The translations under genes and the position numbers were made by a program. DNA of 64,000 nt, taken from NCBI GenBank assembly GCA_965199955.1, contig CBDATQ010000002.1:896001-960000 (forward strand). The letters run 5' to 3'. The notes beneath the pieces are model-generated. The model made no database searches. It worked only from the letters and a program-made list of their open reading frames with translations, and was not told where the DNA came from. This stretch comes from Spirochaetia bacterium. GTDB taxonomy: Bacteria; Spirochaetota; Spirochaetia; SZUA-6; Bin103. Each line of letters opens with the position of its first letter. Within the stretch, counting starts at the first letter, position 1. Shown in pieces: positions 36,304-45,441 of the stretch.

Positions 36304-36453
36304 ATGGCAGCGGAAGAACGGGACGCGACCTACACGATGGGTCGGAGCGAAGGCGAGACCGAGCGCCTGATCGAGCAGTCACACCTGTACGAGAAGATGA
36401 CGCTCCGGATGCTGCGGCCGCACGTCACCGCGTACGCCCGCGTGCCGGTGTAG
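36304..36453 (+). pseudogene. Hollowed class I SAM-dependent methyltransferase gene
   Basis: YTMGRSEGETERLIEQSHLYEKMTLRMLR (family N-terminus) is joined in frame to PHVTAYARVPV* (family C-terminus). The SAM-binding core is absent. Confidence 0.65.
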
Positions 36454-36469
36454 GGCGGGAGTACGACCG

Positions 36470-37186
36470 ATGGAGATCCGCAAGCGGTTGCTGCTCACCG
36501 GCGGGGCGACCGGCATCGGCCGCGCCATCGCCATCGCCTGCGCGCCGCCGGCTGCGGTGGTCGTGGCCGACGTCAACGTCGAGGATGCCGAACGCACGGT
36601 CGAGTCGGTTCGTGCGTCGGGCGGCACCGCCCACTTCGTGCGCTGCGACGTCACCAGCGAGGAAGAGGTGCGCGCGCTGACTCGGACCACGGAGGAGCTG
36701 ATCGGCGGCATCGACGCTCTGGTCACCGCCGCCGGCGTGCTGCAGGCGGCGGCCGTGCCGGTCGAAGAGATCGACCCGGCCGACTGGACGCGCACGGTGG
36801 AAGTGAACGTCTACGGCTCGTTCTTCTGCGTCAAGCACGCGCTGCCCGCGCTGCGTGCGTCGCACTCCGGGGTGGTGATCCTGCTCGGATCGGGGGCCGG
36901 GATCGCTTCCGGCAGCTCATCGGTGCCCTACGCGACCAGCAAGGGAGGCGTCTACGGACTGTCGAAGGCGCTGACCCCGCGGCTGGCGGAGGACGGCATC
37001 AGGCTCAACCTGCTGATGCCGGGCAGCGTCGACACCCCGCTCAAGCGCCGCGCCGAGGAGGCGATGGACGCCAGCGGCAAGCCGCGCAACCAGGTCCTGG
37101 CGGACCCGGCCGGAGTGGCCAAGGTGGCGCGGTTCCTGCTGTCGGACGAGGGGGACTACGTCCGTGGCGAGGTAATGACGCGCTGA
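36470..37186 (+). CDS. SDR family oxidoreductase
   Basis: TGGATGIG, CDVT, YATSK, IRLN and PGSVDTP. Confidence 0.9.
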   Translation: MEIRKRLLLTGGATGIGRAIAIACAPPAAVVVADVNVEDAERTVESVRASGGTAHFVRCDVTSEEEVRALTRTTEELIGGIDALVTAAGVLQAAAVPVEEIDPADWTRTVEVNVYGSFFCVKHALPALRASHSGVVILLGSGAGIASGSSSVPYATSKGGVYGLSKALTPRLAEDGIRLNLLMPGSVDTPLKRRAEEAMDASGKPRNQVLADPAGVAKVARFLLSDEGDYVRGEVMTR

Positions 37187-37222
37187 CGATCTCCGCCGCC
37201 CTGGCCTGCAGGTAAGGGATGC

Positions 37223-37894
37223 CTACATGTACGGGATGATGGCGGTGGCCAGCGAGGTTTCGATCTCCCAGATTGCGGTGGATACCGCCTGACCGATCAG
37301 GTCGAGCTTGCGCACCTGCTGGATGCGTTCGGACGCACGCTCGAGCTCGCGCGGGGACAGCAGCTTCTTGAAGATCCCGCAGGCGTTGGCCAGGCAGATG
37401 ATGACGATGTCGCGCGGCTCGGGGATCTCGTCGCTGAACAGCACGCCCATGATCCGCTGCTTCACTTCCCGCTCGGCCTTGCCGCCGATCAGCGGGTAGC
37501 GCCGCGACCGGAACACCCACAGGAACCGGTCTTCCTTGCGCTCCAGGATTCCGCGCTCCACGAGCCGGTCGAGGGCGTTCTCGCGAATGTCGTCGGAGAG
37601 GTCGCCGATCCGTTCGACCCAGTACCGGGCGTCGTGTCGTTGCCCGGCATGCTTGATGGCCGCGAGGGTGGGATCGAACAACGGGTCCTCCAGCGGCGTG
37701 GAGTCCAGCAGCACCAACTCGTTCAGGTCGGTGTCGATCCGGTTGAGCAGCGCCAGGTCCATCAGCACGGCGCCGGACAGGGCATACCGTATCGTCGACC
37801 CTGACAGGTGCTCGAAGCGCCCACTCTGGTCGTCCAGGAGGAGCAGCATGATCTCCTCCGCGAAGGTCAGCGAGGTGCTCTGTTCTTGCGCCAT
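37223..37894 (-). CDS. GPP34/GOLPH3/Vps74 family protein
   Basis: LTFAEEIMLLLLDD..G, LSGAVLMDLALLNRI and LVERGIL...FLWVF...RYP. Confidence 0.8.
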   Translation of the reverse strand: MAQEQSTSLTFAEEIMLLLLDDQSGRFEHLSGSTIRYALSGAVLMDLALLNRIDTDLNELVLLDSTPLEDPLFDPTLAAIKHAGQRHDARYWVERIGDLSDDIRENALDRLVERGILERKEDRFLWVFRSRRYPLIGGKAEREVKQRIMGVLFSDEIPEPRDIVIICLANACGIFKKLLSPRELERASERIQQVRKLDLIGQAVSTAIWEIETSLATAIIPYM

Positions 37895-38092
37895 GTTCGA
37901 TCCATCCTATTTGGGAGAACGCACCTTACCACAAGCTTGTGCCTGCGGGTCCTCGTAGGGGATCTCCCGGCTTGCGTCTTGTGACCGTGAAGGTCTTGAC
38001 CAGATGCTTGATCTCGATGGCCGCCATTCAGCGACATCCACGCCTTCATGCGTACCGGCGTTCTCGGGCTCCGCCGGCCGATGGTTGGCCCA

Positions 38093-38878
38093 TCAGGTGG
38101 TCGGATGCTCCCAGCGCGGCGTCATGCCGTCCGGCTCGTGCTGGCGGACGTGGATCTGCGGCATGCGCGAGCCGCGGTGGGTGAACACCACCATGCTGTG
38201 AATCCAATAGCAGGGGTCCCCGCCGTGCGGGGCGTGGTTGAACTGCCGGTGGTACACGTACAGCGGCTTGAAGCCGACCGCGCGCGGTGGCACGACCACC
38301 GTCTGCACGTCGGTGTTGTCGGGGTTGGCGATCACCATCGATCCGGGGCCGGACACCACGTAGAAGCCCTCGACGCGGTTGTCGTGCTGGTGGATCTCGT
38401 TGCCCTCACCGGCCTGGAAGATCGCCGGGTAGTGGTGGGGGTACGCCGGGAACGGCTCGTGCGAGATCGTCACCACCGTGAGCATCTCGGCGCCGGGGTC
38501 GTTGACCCACTGGTGCCGCGTGCCCTCGGTGATCACCACCTCCAGCCCCGGCTGCAGGGGAATGTCCATCTGCCGCCCGGGCGGCTTGTCGAGCCAGACG
38601 CGCAGCGTGCCGGTCCCTTCGGTCACGTGCACGGCCTCGCTGTCGGCCTCCAGCCGGTCGCTGCTCGCTCCCGGCGCGATGATTCGTTCGCCCACCGTGA
38701 AGCGCTCGTCGCCCGTGGTCTGTTCGCACAGCAGCTTGACGAACCGGCCGTACGGCAGATCCTCGACGATGCCGTCCTCCTGGGTGACGACGATCTTGCC
38801 GGTGTAGGCCGGGTCCCGCCGCGGCAACGGAACGTACGGGACGCGTCCCTGCCCCGGCCAGATTGGTAACGACGACAT
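38093..38878 (-). CDS. Cupin domain protein
   Basis: EAVHVTEGTG, GTRHQWVN, HQHDNRVEGFYVVSG and YHRQFN. RBS GAGGAGG. Confidence 0.7.
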   Translation of the reverse strand: MSSLPIWPGQGRVPYVPLPRRDPAYTGKIVVTQEDGIVEDLPYGRFVKLLCEQTTGDERFTVGERIIAPGASSDRLEADSEAVHVTEGTGTLRVWLDKPPGRQMDIPLQPGLEVVITEGTRHQWVNDPGAEMLTVVTISHEPFPAYPHHYPAIFQAGEGNEIHQHDNRVEGFYVVSGPGSMVIANPDNTDVQTVVVPPRAVGFKPLYVYHRQFNHAPHGGDPCYWIHSMVVFTHRGSRMPQIHVRQHEPDGMTPRWEHPTT

Positions 38879-38933
38879 CGGCACACCTCCTCGGTCGCGC
38901 TCGCCGCGCCGTTTGCATTGTACCGTAGGGACC

Positions 38934-39791
38934 ATGCTTCTGGGTGCCGCGGGCTATCACGCGGGCGACTTTCGCGCCCTGACCGACGAAACCGCCGCTG
39001 CCGCCGCGGCGTTGGGGCTGCGTGCGCTGAACGCGCGCACGGATGACCCGGACTCCGTCACACCGGGGGAGGCCGCCCGCTTCCGGGAGATCCTGGACCG
39101 CCACGGCATTGCCGCAGGCCAGACCGCCGGCAACTACGGCGGCGGCCTGGTCAGCGAGGACGGCGCCGAGCGGGAGCGCACGGTGCGGTTCGTTCAGGAG
39201 ATGTGCCGGCTGACGCGGCTGCTCGGCGCTCCGACCACCTACCTGCGGCCGGGCAGCCTGAACCCGCGCGGCGCCTGGCTGCCGCATCCGCGCAACCGGT
39301 CGCGGGAGGTGTTCGACCGGCTGGTGGACAGCGCCCGGCAGGTGTGCGCCGTGGCTGAGGGCGAGGGGGTGCTGGTGGCGGTCGAGGGCGGCGTGGTGTC
39401 GCCGCTGTACTCGCCTGCGCGGATCGAGGCGTTCATCACGGCGGTCGACTCGCCCGCGCTCGGCTTCAACCAGGACCCGGTCAACCTGATCGGCAGCCTG
39501 GAGCAGGCCTACGACACCGGCGCACTGATCGCGGACAGCTTCGACCGCCTGGGACGCTGGACGGTCAGCGCGCACGTCAAGGACTTCACGTTGGTGGAGG
39601 CGCTGCTGCCCCACTTCGAGGAGGCCGAGATCGGCGTGGGCATGCTGGACCAGGCGGCCTACCTGGCCCGGCTGCAGGCGACCCGGCCGGGCGTCCACGC
39701 CTACATCGAGCACCTTCCCGCCGACCGGTTCGCCGCCGCGGTGGCCGCGGTAACGGCGATCTCGCGCTCGGCCGGCATCGACTGGGACTGA
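38934..39791 (+). CDS. Sugar phosphate isomerase/epimerase (TIM barrel)
   Basis: VAVE, DPVN, AHVKD, IGVGMLD and IEH. Confidence 0.82.
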   Translation: MLLGAAGYHAGDFRALTDETAAAAAALGLRALNARTDDPDSVTPGEAARFREILDRHGIAAGQTAGNYGGGLVSEDGAERERTVRFVQEMCRLTRLLGAPTTYLRPGSLNPRGAWLPHPRNRSREVFDRLVDSARQVCAVAEGEGVLVAVEGGVVSPLYSPARIEAFITAVDSPALGFNQDPVNLIGSLEQAYDTGALIADSFDRLGRWTVSAHVKDFTLVEALLPHFEEAEIGVGMLDQAAYLARLQATRPGVHAYIEHLPADRFAAAVAAVTAISRSAGIDWD

Positions 39792-39806
39792 TCCCGGACT
39801 GCGTCC

Positions 39807-40253
39807 ATGGCCGACGACGCGGGGCGGGGCAGGTATCTCGGGGCGTACGCGCTGTGCCGTGACCCATCGGGTCGGCTGCTCCTGGCCCGCCTGGGTCCCG
39901 GCCTGCTGGACGAGGGGCTCTGGACTATGCCCGGGGGCGGGGTGGAGTGGGGCGAGGACCCCGACGACGCGGTCCTCCGCGAGCTCGAGGAGGAATCCGG
40001 CATCACGGACATCCGGGATTCCCGCGTCGCCGCGGTCTTCTCCCATGTCTTCGAACGGACCGCGGAGCGTCCGTACGACCCGTTCCACGTCGTCGGCCTG
40101 ATCTACGACGTGACGCCCGGCAGCTTCGACGTCCGTGCCGAACGGGACGGATCGACCGACCGCTGCGAGTGGTTCACCGAGCACCAGGCCCGGAAGCTGC
40201 CGCTCGTGCCGATCGCCCGGTTCGCCGTCGACTTGGCATGGCCGAAGCGGTAG
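39807..40253 (+). CDS. NUDIX hydrolase
   Basis: WTMPGGGVEWGEDPDDAVLRELEEESG. Confidence 0.9.
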   Translation: MADDAGRGRYLGAYALCRDPSGRLLLARLGPGLLDEGLWTMPGGGVEWGEDPDDAVLRELEEESGITDIRDSRVAAVFSHVFERTAERPYDPFHVVGLIYDVTPGSFDVRAERDGSTDRCEWFTEHQARKLPLVPIARFAVDLAWPKR

Positions 40254-40279
40254 CGGTGTGCGCTCAAGAGCAAGCACGC

Positions 40280-40708
40280 ATGACTGAAAAGGTTGCCGAT
40301 AGGAGCGAGTCTCGCGTTGCGCGGCCCGTCGACGCTGGCATCACAGATGACGAAACCGGCGCCATGCTGCGCGCCTTCTTCAACCTGGGCGAGCGCTGGG
40401 GGATCACCGACCGGCAGGGCTGAATCCTGCTGGGAGGGCCGGCGGCTCGGACCTACGCCCGCTGGAAAGCCGGTCAGGTCGAACCGTCGCGCATCTCGCG
40501 CGACACGCGAGAGCGTCTGTCCATGCTGATGGGCATTCACAAGAACCTGCGTAGCCTGTTCCCAGATCCGTCAAGCGCATACCGGTGGCTTCGCAAGCCT
40601 AACCGGGCGTTCGGCGGCGAGCCCGCGCTCGACCGCCTGCTGGCCGGATCCGTCCTGGGTCTGGCGGCTGTCCGTGCCTACCTCGACGCGGAGCTCACCG
40701 GGTGGTGA
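40280..40708 (+). pseudogene. Xre/MbcA/ParS-type antitoxin with a single nonsense mutation
   Basis: LRAFFNLGERWG...QG*ILLG...TYARWK...DTRERLSMLMGIHKNL...WLRKPNRAFGG...VRAYLDA, all in one frame. TGA at 40421-40423. Confidence 0.85.
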
Positions 40709-40940
40709 TCCCGCCGCTGAGCCGCGTTCGTTGGCCGAGGGCGTATCGCCTTGTTCGATTCGCCTATCCCCCGATCGACCCTTTCGAGGACATCGCCGAT
40801 CCGGCGGACCGCCAGTTGGTTTCGGCCGCCGAAGCCAAGAGCGATCCCCGGGTACGCGACGTACGCTCTCCCCGGTTCACGCGTCCCGAACTCCGGGACG
40901 CGTGTCTCCCCGACCACGTCGCGGGACGCGATCCTGATGC
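40705..40940 (+). pseudogene. RES-domain toxin remnant
   Basis: GTGA coupling to the antitoxin, then W.RAYRLV...YPPIDPFEDIADP...EAKSDPRVRD. Similarity is lost after this point. Confidence 0.75.
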
Positions 40941-40963
40941 GGTCGCCAACTCTCACGCCACGG

Positions 40964-41458
40964 TCAGCGCACGGTCGCGAACGGCCCGCGCGGGTCCCAG
41001 GACCAGAGCAGGTGGGTGACCTCGTCCACGGCCCGGTAGCAGTTGGCGCGCAACTCTGCCGCGGCGCCGTGGCCGGCCAGCGCCTGCTCCAGCTCGTCCG
41101 CGTCGATCGTGAACGGCGCCCTGCCCCGGCGGCGCACCACGTCCAGCTCGTGGTCGGTGTACCGCAGCTCGCCGTCGACGAGCCGTGCGGGACTCGCGAT
41201 ATGGACGTAGAGCTGGGTCAGGGCTCCGGCCTCGTTGTACATCTCCACCAGGTTGTAGGGCCGGGAGAACCAGTAGAACGCCCGGCCGTTGGACTTGTTG
41301 GCCCAGCCGCCCTTGGGGCCGCTGACCGGATTGCCGATGCGGGTGATCGTGCGCACGGAATCCTTGCCTATCGCCTCGATCTCGGCGGTCCATGAACGCC
41401 GTGGGGTCCCGTCGATGTTGGACACCACCACCCTGACGGGGTCACCGGCCTTCAGCAT
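40964..41458 (-). CDS. DUF402 family protein
   Basis: YW..RPYN, YVHIASP, YTDHELDV and DADE. Confidence 0.75.
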   Translation of the reverse strand: MLKAGDPVRVVVSNIDGTPRRSWTAEIEAIGKDSVRTITRIGNPVSGPKGGWANKSNGRAFYWFSRPYNLVEMYNEAGALTQLYVHIASPARLVDGELRYTDHELDVVRRRGRAPFTIDADELEQALAGHGAAAELRANCYRAVDEVTHLLWSWDPRGPFATVR

Positions 41459-41479
41459 CGAGCGTTCCGATCGCGGGCG

Positions 41480-41776
41480 TTACGCCGCTCGCCAGCTTCG
41501 GTAGAGTCGTCCAGGGTGAAGTCCGGGAGCTCGTCGAACCCTGTGAACATCCGCTCCGCTTCCTCCGTGGTGAAGCGGTCCGCCATGCGCGTGCCCCTAC
41601 ATGTCGCGGTGCCACTCGGCCGGGCCGTGGTCCCGCACCGGGTTGCACATCATCATCATCTCGGTGACCGCGGCGCCCGGCAGGTCGAGCAGGGCGCTGG
41701 AGACGCCGTGCGCGCCCTCGGTCAGCCACACCTCCACGGCCCGCGCCGTGCTGCGGTCGATCCGCCGCTCGCTCAT
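41480..41776 (-). pseudogene. Fragmented PhyH-like dioxygenase remnant
   Basis: AVEVWL...VTEMMMMCNPVRDHGPAEWHRD, then a stop, then C-terminal-like pieces (RFTTEEAE..., PDFTLDD, YRSW) in other frames. Confidence 0.45.
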
Positions 41777-41881
41777 GCGGTCAGCTTCCCGTGGCCGGCG
41801 GTGCAGGGTCAACGGTGGCCGGCGGCGCCCGCGCGAGCGGCTCCCGTTGACGCCTGGCGGGTTTCGGGCGTGAGATACCGC

Positions 41882-44254
41882 ATGGACAGCACACCCCCAC
41901 GGCACGGCTGGCACCAGACCGACGCCGACCGCTCGCTGCTGGCCGAGCTGGTCGGCCGGCTGCCGGAGCGCATCGCCGACGGACACGCGCACATCTACCG
42001 CACCGCGCACCTGGATCCGGTCCCGGATTTCATCGCGCCCGGCCCGGCCGACAGCGGCATCGACGAGTGGCGGTCGCACGTCGGCACCCTCGTCGGCGGC
42101 GCAGACCGTCTGCACGGCGCGCTGATCCTGCCGTATCCCAACCGCTCGTCGGACACGGCGGAGGTCAACCGCTTCGTCGTGGAGGCCGCGCGCGGCCACG
42201 ACGGCATCCGCGCCGCCTTGCTGGCCACGCCGGAGTGCGACCCGGCCGGGATCGACGCGCTGGCGGAGCCCGCCATCGGCGGCTTCAAGGTCTACTGGTG
42301 CTACGCCACCGGCCCCGGCGACCCGCGGCAGGCGGCGCCGTCGCAGTTCCTGCCCGAATGGGTGTGGCAGCAGGCGCACGAGCGCGGCTGGTTCATCACG
42401 CTGCACCTGATGCGCGATGCCGCGCTGGCCGATCCGGTCAACCAGCGGGAGGTGCGCGAGCACTGCGAGCGCTATCCCAACGCCCGCCTGGTTCTCGCGC
42501 ACGCGGCGCGCGGGTTCTACGCGCCCAACACTGTCGCCGGCATCGGCTCCCTGAGCGGCCTGGAGAACGTCTGGTTCGACACCTCGGCCATCTGCGAGCC
42601 GGAGGCGCTGGTGGCGGTCCTGCGCGAGTTCGGTCCGCGCCGCCTGCTGTTCGGCACCGATTACCCGATCTCCCATCAGCGCGGCCGCCCGATCAGCCTG
42701 GGGACCAACTTCGCCTGGGTGGTCACCGACCGGGTCGAGCGGTGGGACTTCCCGGACGAGACGCCGGCGCAAGTCGGCATCGAGGGGATCCGCGCCGTGC
42801 TGACCGCCGCCGACCTGATGAACCTCGACGAGCGCGACCTCGCCGACATCTTCCACGACAACACCATGCGTCTGCTGGGCTTCCAGGAGGACGATCCCGA
42901 TCTGGGCCAGCGGCTGTTCACCGGCGCCAAGGAGCTCATCCCCGGCGGCACGCAGCTCCAGTCCAAGAACCCGGACAACATGGCGCCGGGGGCATGGCCG
43001 CCGTACTTCCGCGAGGCGCGCGGCATCGATGTCTGGGACGAGTCCGGCCGGCGGTTCCGCGACGTGGGCCATCACGGCATCGGCGCCGCCGCGCTCGGCT
43101 ACCGCGATCCCGACGTGACGCGCGCGGTCATGCGGCGCGTGGCGCTCGGCAGCTACTCGATGCTCAACTCGCGCGAGGAGATGGAGGTCGCCGAGCTGCT
43201 GTGCGAGCTCCATCCGTGGGCGGAGAAGGTCCGCTACGCGCGGTCGGGTGGCGAGATCTGCTCGATCGGCGCCCGCATCGCGCGCTCCACCACGGGCCGT
43301 TCGCTGCTGGCGATCTGCGGCTACCACGGCTGGCACGATTGGTACCTGGCCGCCAACGTGGGCGGCGACGACGCGCTGGAGGGACACCTGGCCACCGGCC
43401 TGGAGCCGGTCGGCGTGCCGCCCGAGCTGCGCGGCACCAACCTGACCTTCCACTACGGCGACGTCGAGGCCTTCGACCGGCTGATCGCCGAACACGGCGA
43501 CCGCCTGGCGGGCGTGGTCATGGAGCCGTGCCGGATGCATCACCCGCCGCCCGGCTTTCTGGAGCACGTGCGCGCCGAGACCCGGCGCGTCGGCGCCCTG
43601 CTGGTGTTCGACGAGGTTTCGCTGGGCTGGCGCCTGGCGCGCGGCGGCGCCCACCTGCGCTACGGCGTGGAGCCGGACCTGGCGATCTTCGCCAAGTCGC
43701 TCGGCAACGGCCATCCGATGGCCGCCGTCATCGGTTCGGCCGCCGGCATGGAGGGCGCCTACCGGTCGTTCATTTCGAGCACCTACTGGACCGAGGGAGT
43801 AGGCTTCGTGGCAGCCAAGGCGGTGCTCCAGAAGATGATGCGCATCGATCTGCCGGCCCACTGCGGGCACATCGGCCGCCGCTACCTGGCGGCGGTGCTG
43901 GGCGCCGCGGCGCGGCACGGCGTGCCGCTGGTCCGCGAGGGCGACATCGACGAGCACCCGCACGTGCGCTTCGAGCACGAGCAGTCACAGGAGCTGGTGA
44001 CGCTCTACATCCGCCTGATGCTGCAGCGCGGCTTCCTGTCCACCGGCGGCATGTTCGTGTCGCTGCCTCACACCGAGGAGGTGATCGACGAGTACGCGCA
44101 GGCCATGGACCCGGTGTTCGCCGAGATCGCCGACGCCCTGCGCGCAGGCGACGTGACCGATCGAATCGAGGGGCTGGTGGCCCGCCCCGGCTTCGCCCGC
44201 CTCACCGATCCGACCAGGGTCAGACCCCGCGCCGAGGTGGCCACGCAGACCTGA
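41882..44254 (+). CDS. Fusion of an amidohydrolase (TIM barrel) and a class-III PLP aminotransferase (GSA-aminomutase-like)
   Basis: N-half: DGHAHIY, LAHAARGF, WFDTSA, LLFGTDYP. C-half: IPGGTQLQSK, CGYHGWHDW, MEP, FDEV, FAKSLGNG (PLP Lys), SSTYW. Confidence 0.88.
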   Translation: MDSTPPRHGWHQTDADRSLLAELVGRLPERIADGHAHIYRTAHLDPVPDFIAPGPADSGIDEWRSHVGTLVGGADRLHGALILPYPNRSSDTAEVNRFVVEAARGHDGIRAALLATPECDPAGIDALAEPAIGGFKVYWCYATGPGDPRQAAPSQFLPEWVWQQAHERGWFITLHLMRDAALADPVNQREVREHCERYPNARLVLAHAARGFYAPNTVAGIGSLSGLENVWFDTSAICEPEALVAVLREFGPRRLLFGTDYPISHQRGRPISLGTNFAWVVTDRVERWDFPDETPAQVGIEGIRAVLTAADLMNLDERDLADIFHDNTMRLLGFQEDDPDLGQRLFTGAKELIPGGTQLQSKNPDNMAPGAWPPYFREARGIDVWDESGRRFRDVGHHGIGAAALGYRDPDVTRAVMRRVALGSYSMLNSREEMEVAELLCELHPWAEKVRYARSGGEICSIGARIARSTTGRSLLAICGYHGWHDWYLAANVGGDDALEGHLATGLEPVGVPPELRGTNLTFHYGDVEAFDRLIAEHGDRLAGVVMEPCRMHHPPPGFLEHVRAETRRVGALLVFDEVSLGWRLARGGAHLRYGVEPDLAIFAKSLGNGHPMAAVIGSAAGMEGAYRSFISSTYWTEGVGFVAAKAVLQKMMRIDLPAHCGHIGRRYLAAVLGAAARHGVPLVREGDIDEHPHVRFEHEQSQELVTLYIRLMLQRGFLSTGGMFVSLPHTEEVIDEYAQAMDPVFAEIADALRAGDVTDRIEGLVARPGFARLTDPTRVRPRAEVATQT

Positions 44255-44412
44255 TTGGCGGGTTCGTTCTTCTTACGCGATCAAGTCGTGTCTTCGATGA
44301 GTTGTACAGCACGGACCACGATGGTCGCCAGGCGATCCAACCGCTCGAACTTCCATCGACATAATTGAGAGTCGCTTCTCAACCACGCCATTTGGCGGAG
44401 TTGGAGAACGAA

Positions 44413-45441
44413 TCAGGCCGGCTTGACCCAGGCTCCGTCCCGGTCCTTGCTCTGCAAGCCGGCCAGCAGGATGCCGATCACGTTGCGAGTCACTTCGAAC
44501 GGCAGTCTGGCCTTGCCCTCGGTGACCGAGCGGATGAACTGCTGGAGCATGCCGCGATGGGCGGCGAACAGCCCGTCCAGCTCCCCGGAACGGGAGCCAC
44601 CTTCGCCGTACAGGTGCAGTTGCATCGTCGGCGCGGTGTTGCGGAGCTGATGGATGGTCGCGATGGCGCCGCCGTCGAACTCGATCTCCGCGACCTCGCC
44701 GTGCCCGAACGAGTCGAGGCGGACGCGCAGCGCGCGCGGGTCGTCGAGCACCGTGCAGATCGCCTCCAGGACGTGCACGCCGTAGCTCACCCAGTCCTTG
44801 ACGCCGACGGCCGCCACCAGGCGCACCGGGCCGAGCGTTGCCGCCGCCTCCTTGAGCACGCGCACCTCGGGGGCGTAGCGCATCGACGAACAGGACATGA
44901 TCAGGCGGCCGGCGCGCGCCTGATCGGCGAAGAAGGCCAGGTCGGACTCGGTGGCAGCCAGCGGCTTGTCGACCAGCACCGGCATGCCCGCATCCAGGAA
45001 CGGCTGCGCCAGAGCGGCGTGACTCTCCGGATCGTCACGCGCGATCAGAACGGCGTCCACCGCTTCCACCATGGCCCGCGGCTCGTGCGCGATGTGCGGT
45101 ACGCGGCTGGCGGCGACGATCCGTTCGGAGATCACCCGGTCCTGCGTCCAGACATGGGTCACCTGGACCCCGTCGATGCCGAGCGAGTCGCGGTTGGCAC
45201 CCAGGTAGGTCGCGATCCGCTTGTTGGCGTAGAGCGGCATCACGTCCGCGTTGTAGCTGCCGTTGACGATCGCCGACCACGAGAATGGGTGGGCGTTCTC
45301 CGGGCGCATGTAGCCGATGACGCCCAGCCGGATCGTCGAGCGGGGCGGCGCCACCGGCGGTGCTCCCGGTGAGCCGGTCGTGTGCCGGCGCGCGCCCTCG
45401 CGGACCTCGGGATCGAGCTCTGGCCGAGCGCGGTCGCTCAT
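44413..45441 (-). CDS. Gfo/Idh/MocA family oxidoreductase
   Basis: NAHPFSWSAIVNG, VTHVWTQD, DAVLIARDD, LVDKPLA, SCSSMRY and YGVH. ATGA coupling. Confidence 0.8.
   Translation of the reverse strand: MSDRARPELDPEVREGARRHTTGSPGAPPVAPPRSTIRLGVIGYMRPENAHPFSWSAIVNGSYNADVMPLYANKRIATYLGANRDSLGIDGVQVTHVWTQDRVISERIVAASRVPHIAHEPRAMVEAVDAVLIARDDPESHAALAQPFLDAGMPVLVDKPLAATESDLAFFADQARAGRLIMSCSSMRYAPEVRVLKEAAATLGPVRLVAAVGVKDWVSYGVHVLEAICTVLDDPRALRVRLDSFGHGEVAEIEFDGGAIATIHQLRNTAPTMQLHLYGEGGSRSGELDGLFAAHRGMLQQFIRSVTEGKARLPFEVTRNVIGILLAGLQSKDRDGAWVKPA

Noticed and set aside
44255..44412. Lower-GC spacer with partial inverted ends (TTCGTTCT/AGAACGAA)
   Set aside because: The inverted match is only 8 bp and not terminal, and there is no recognisable coding remnant.
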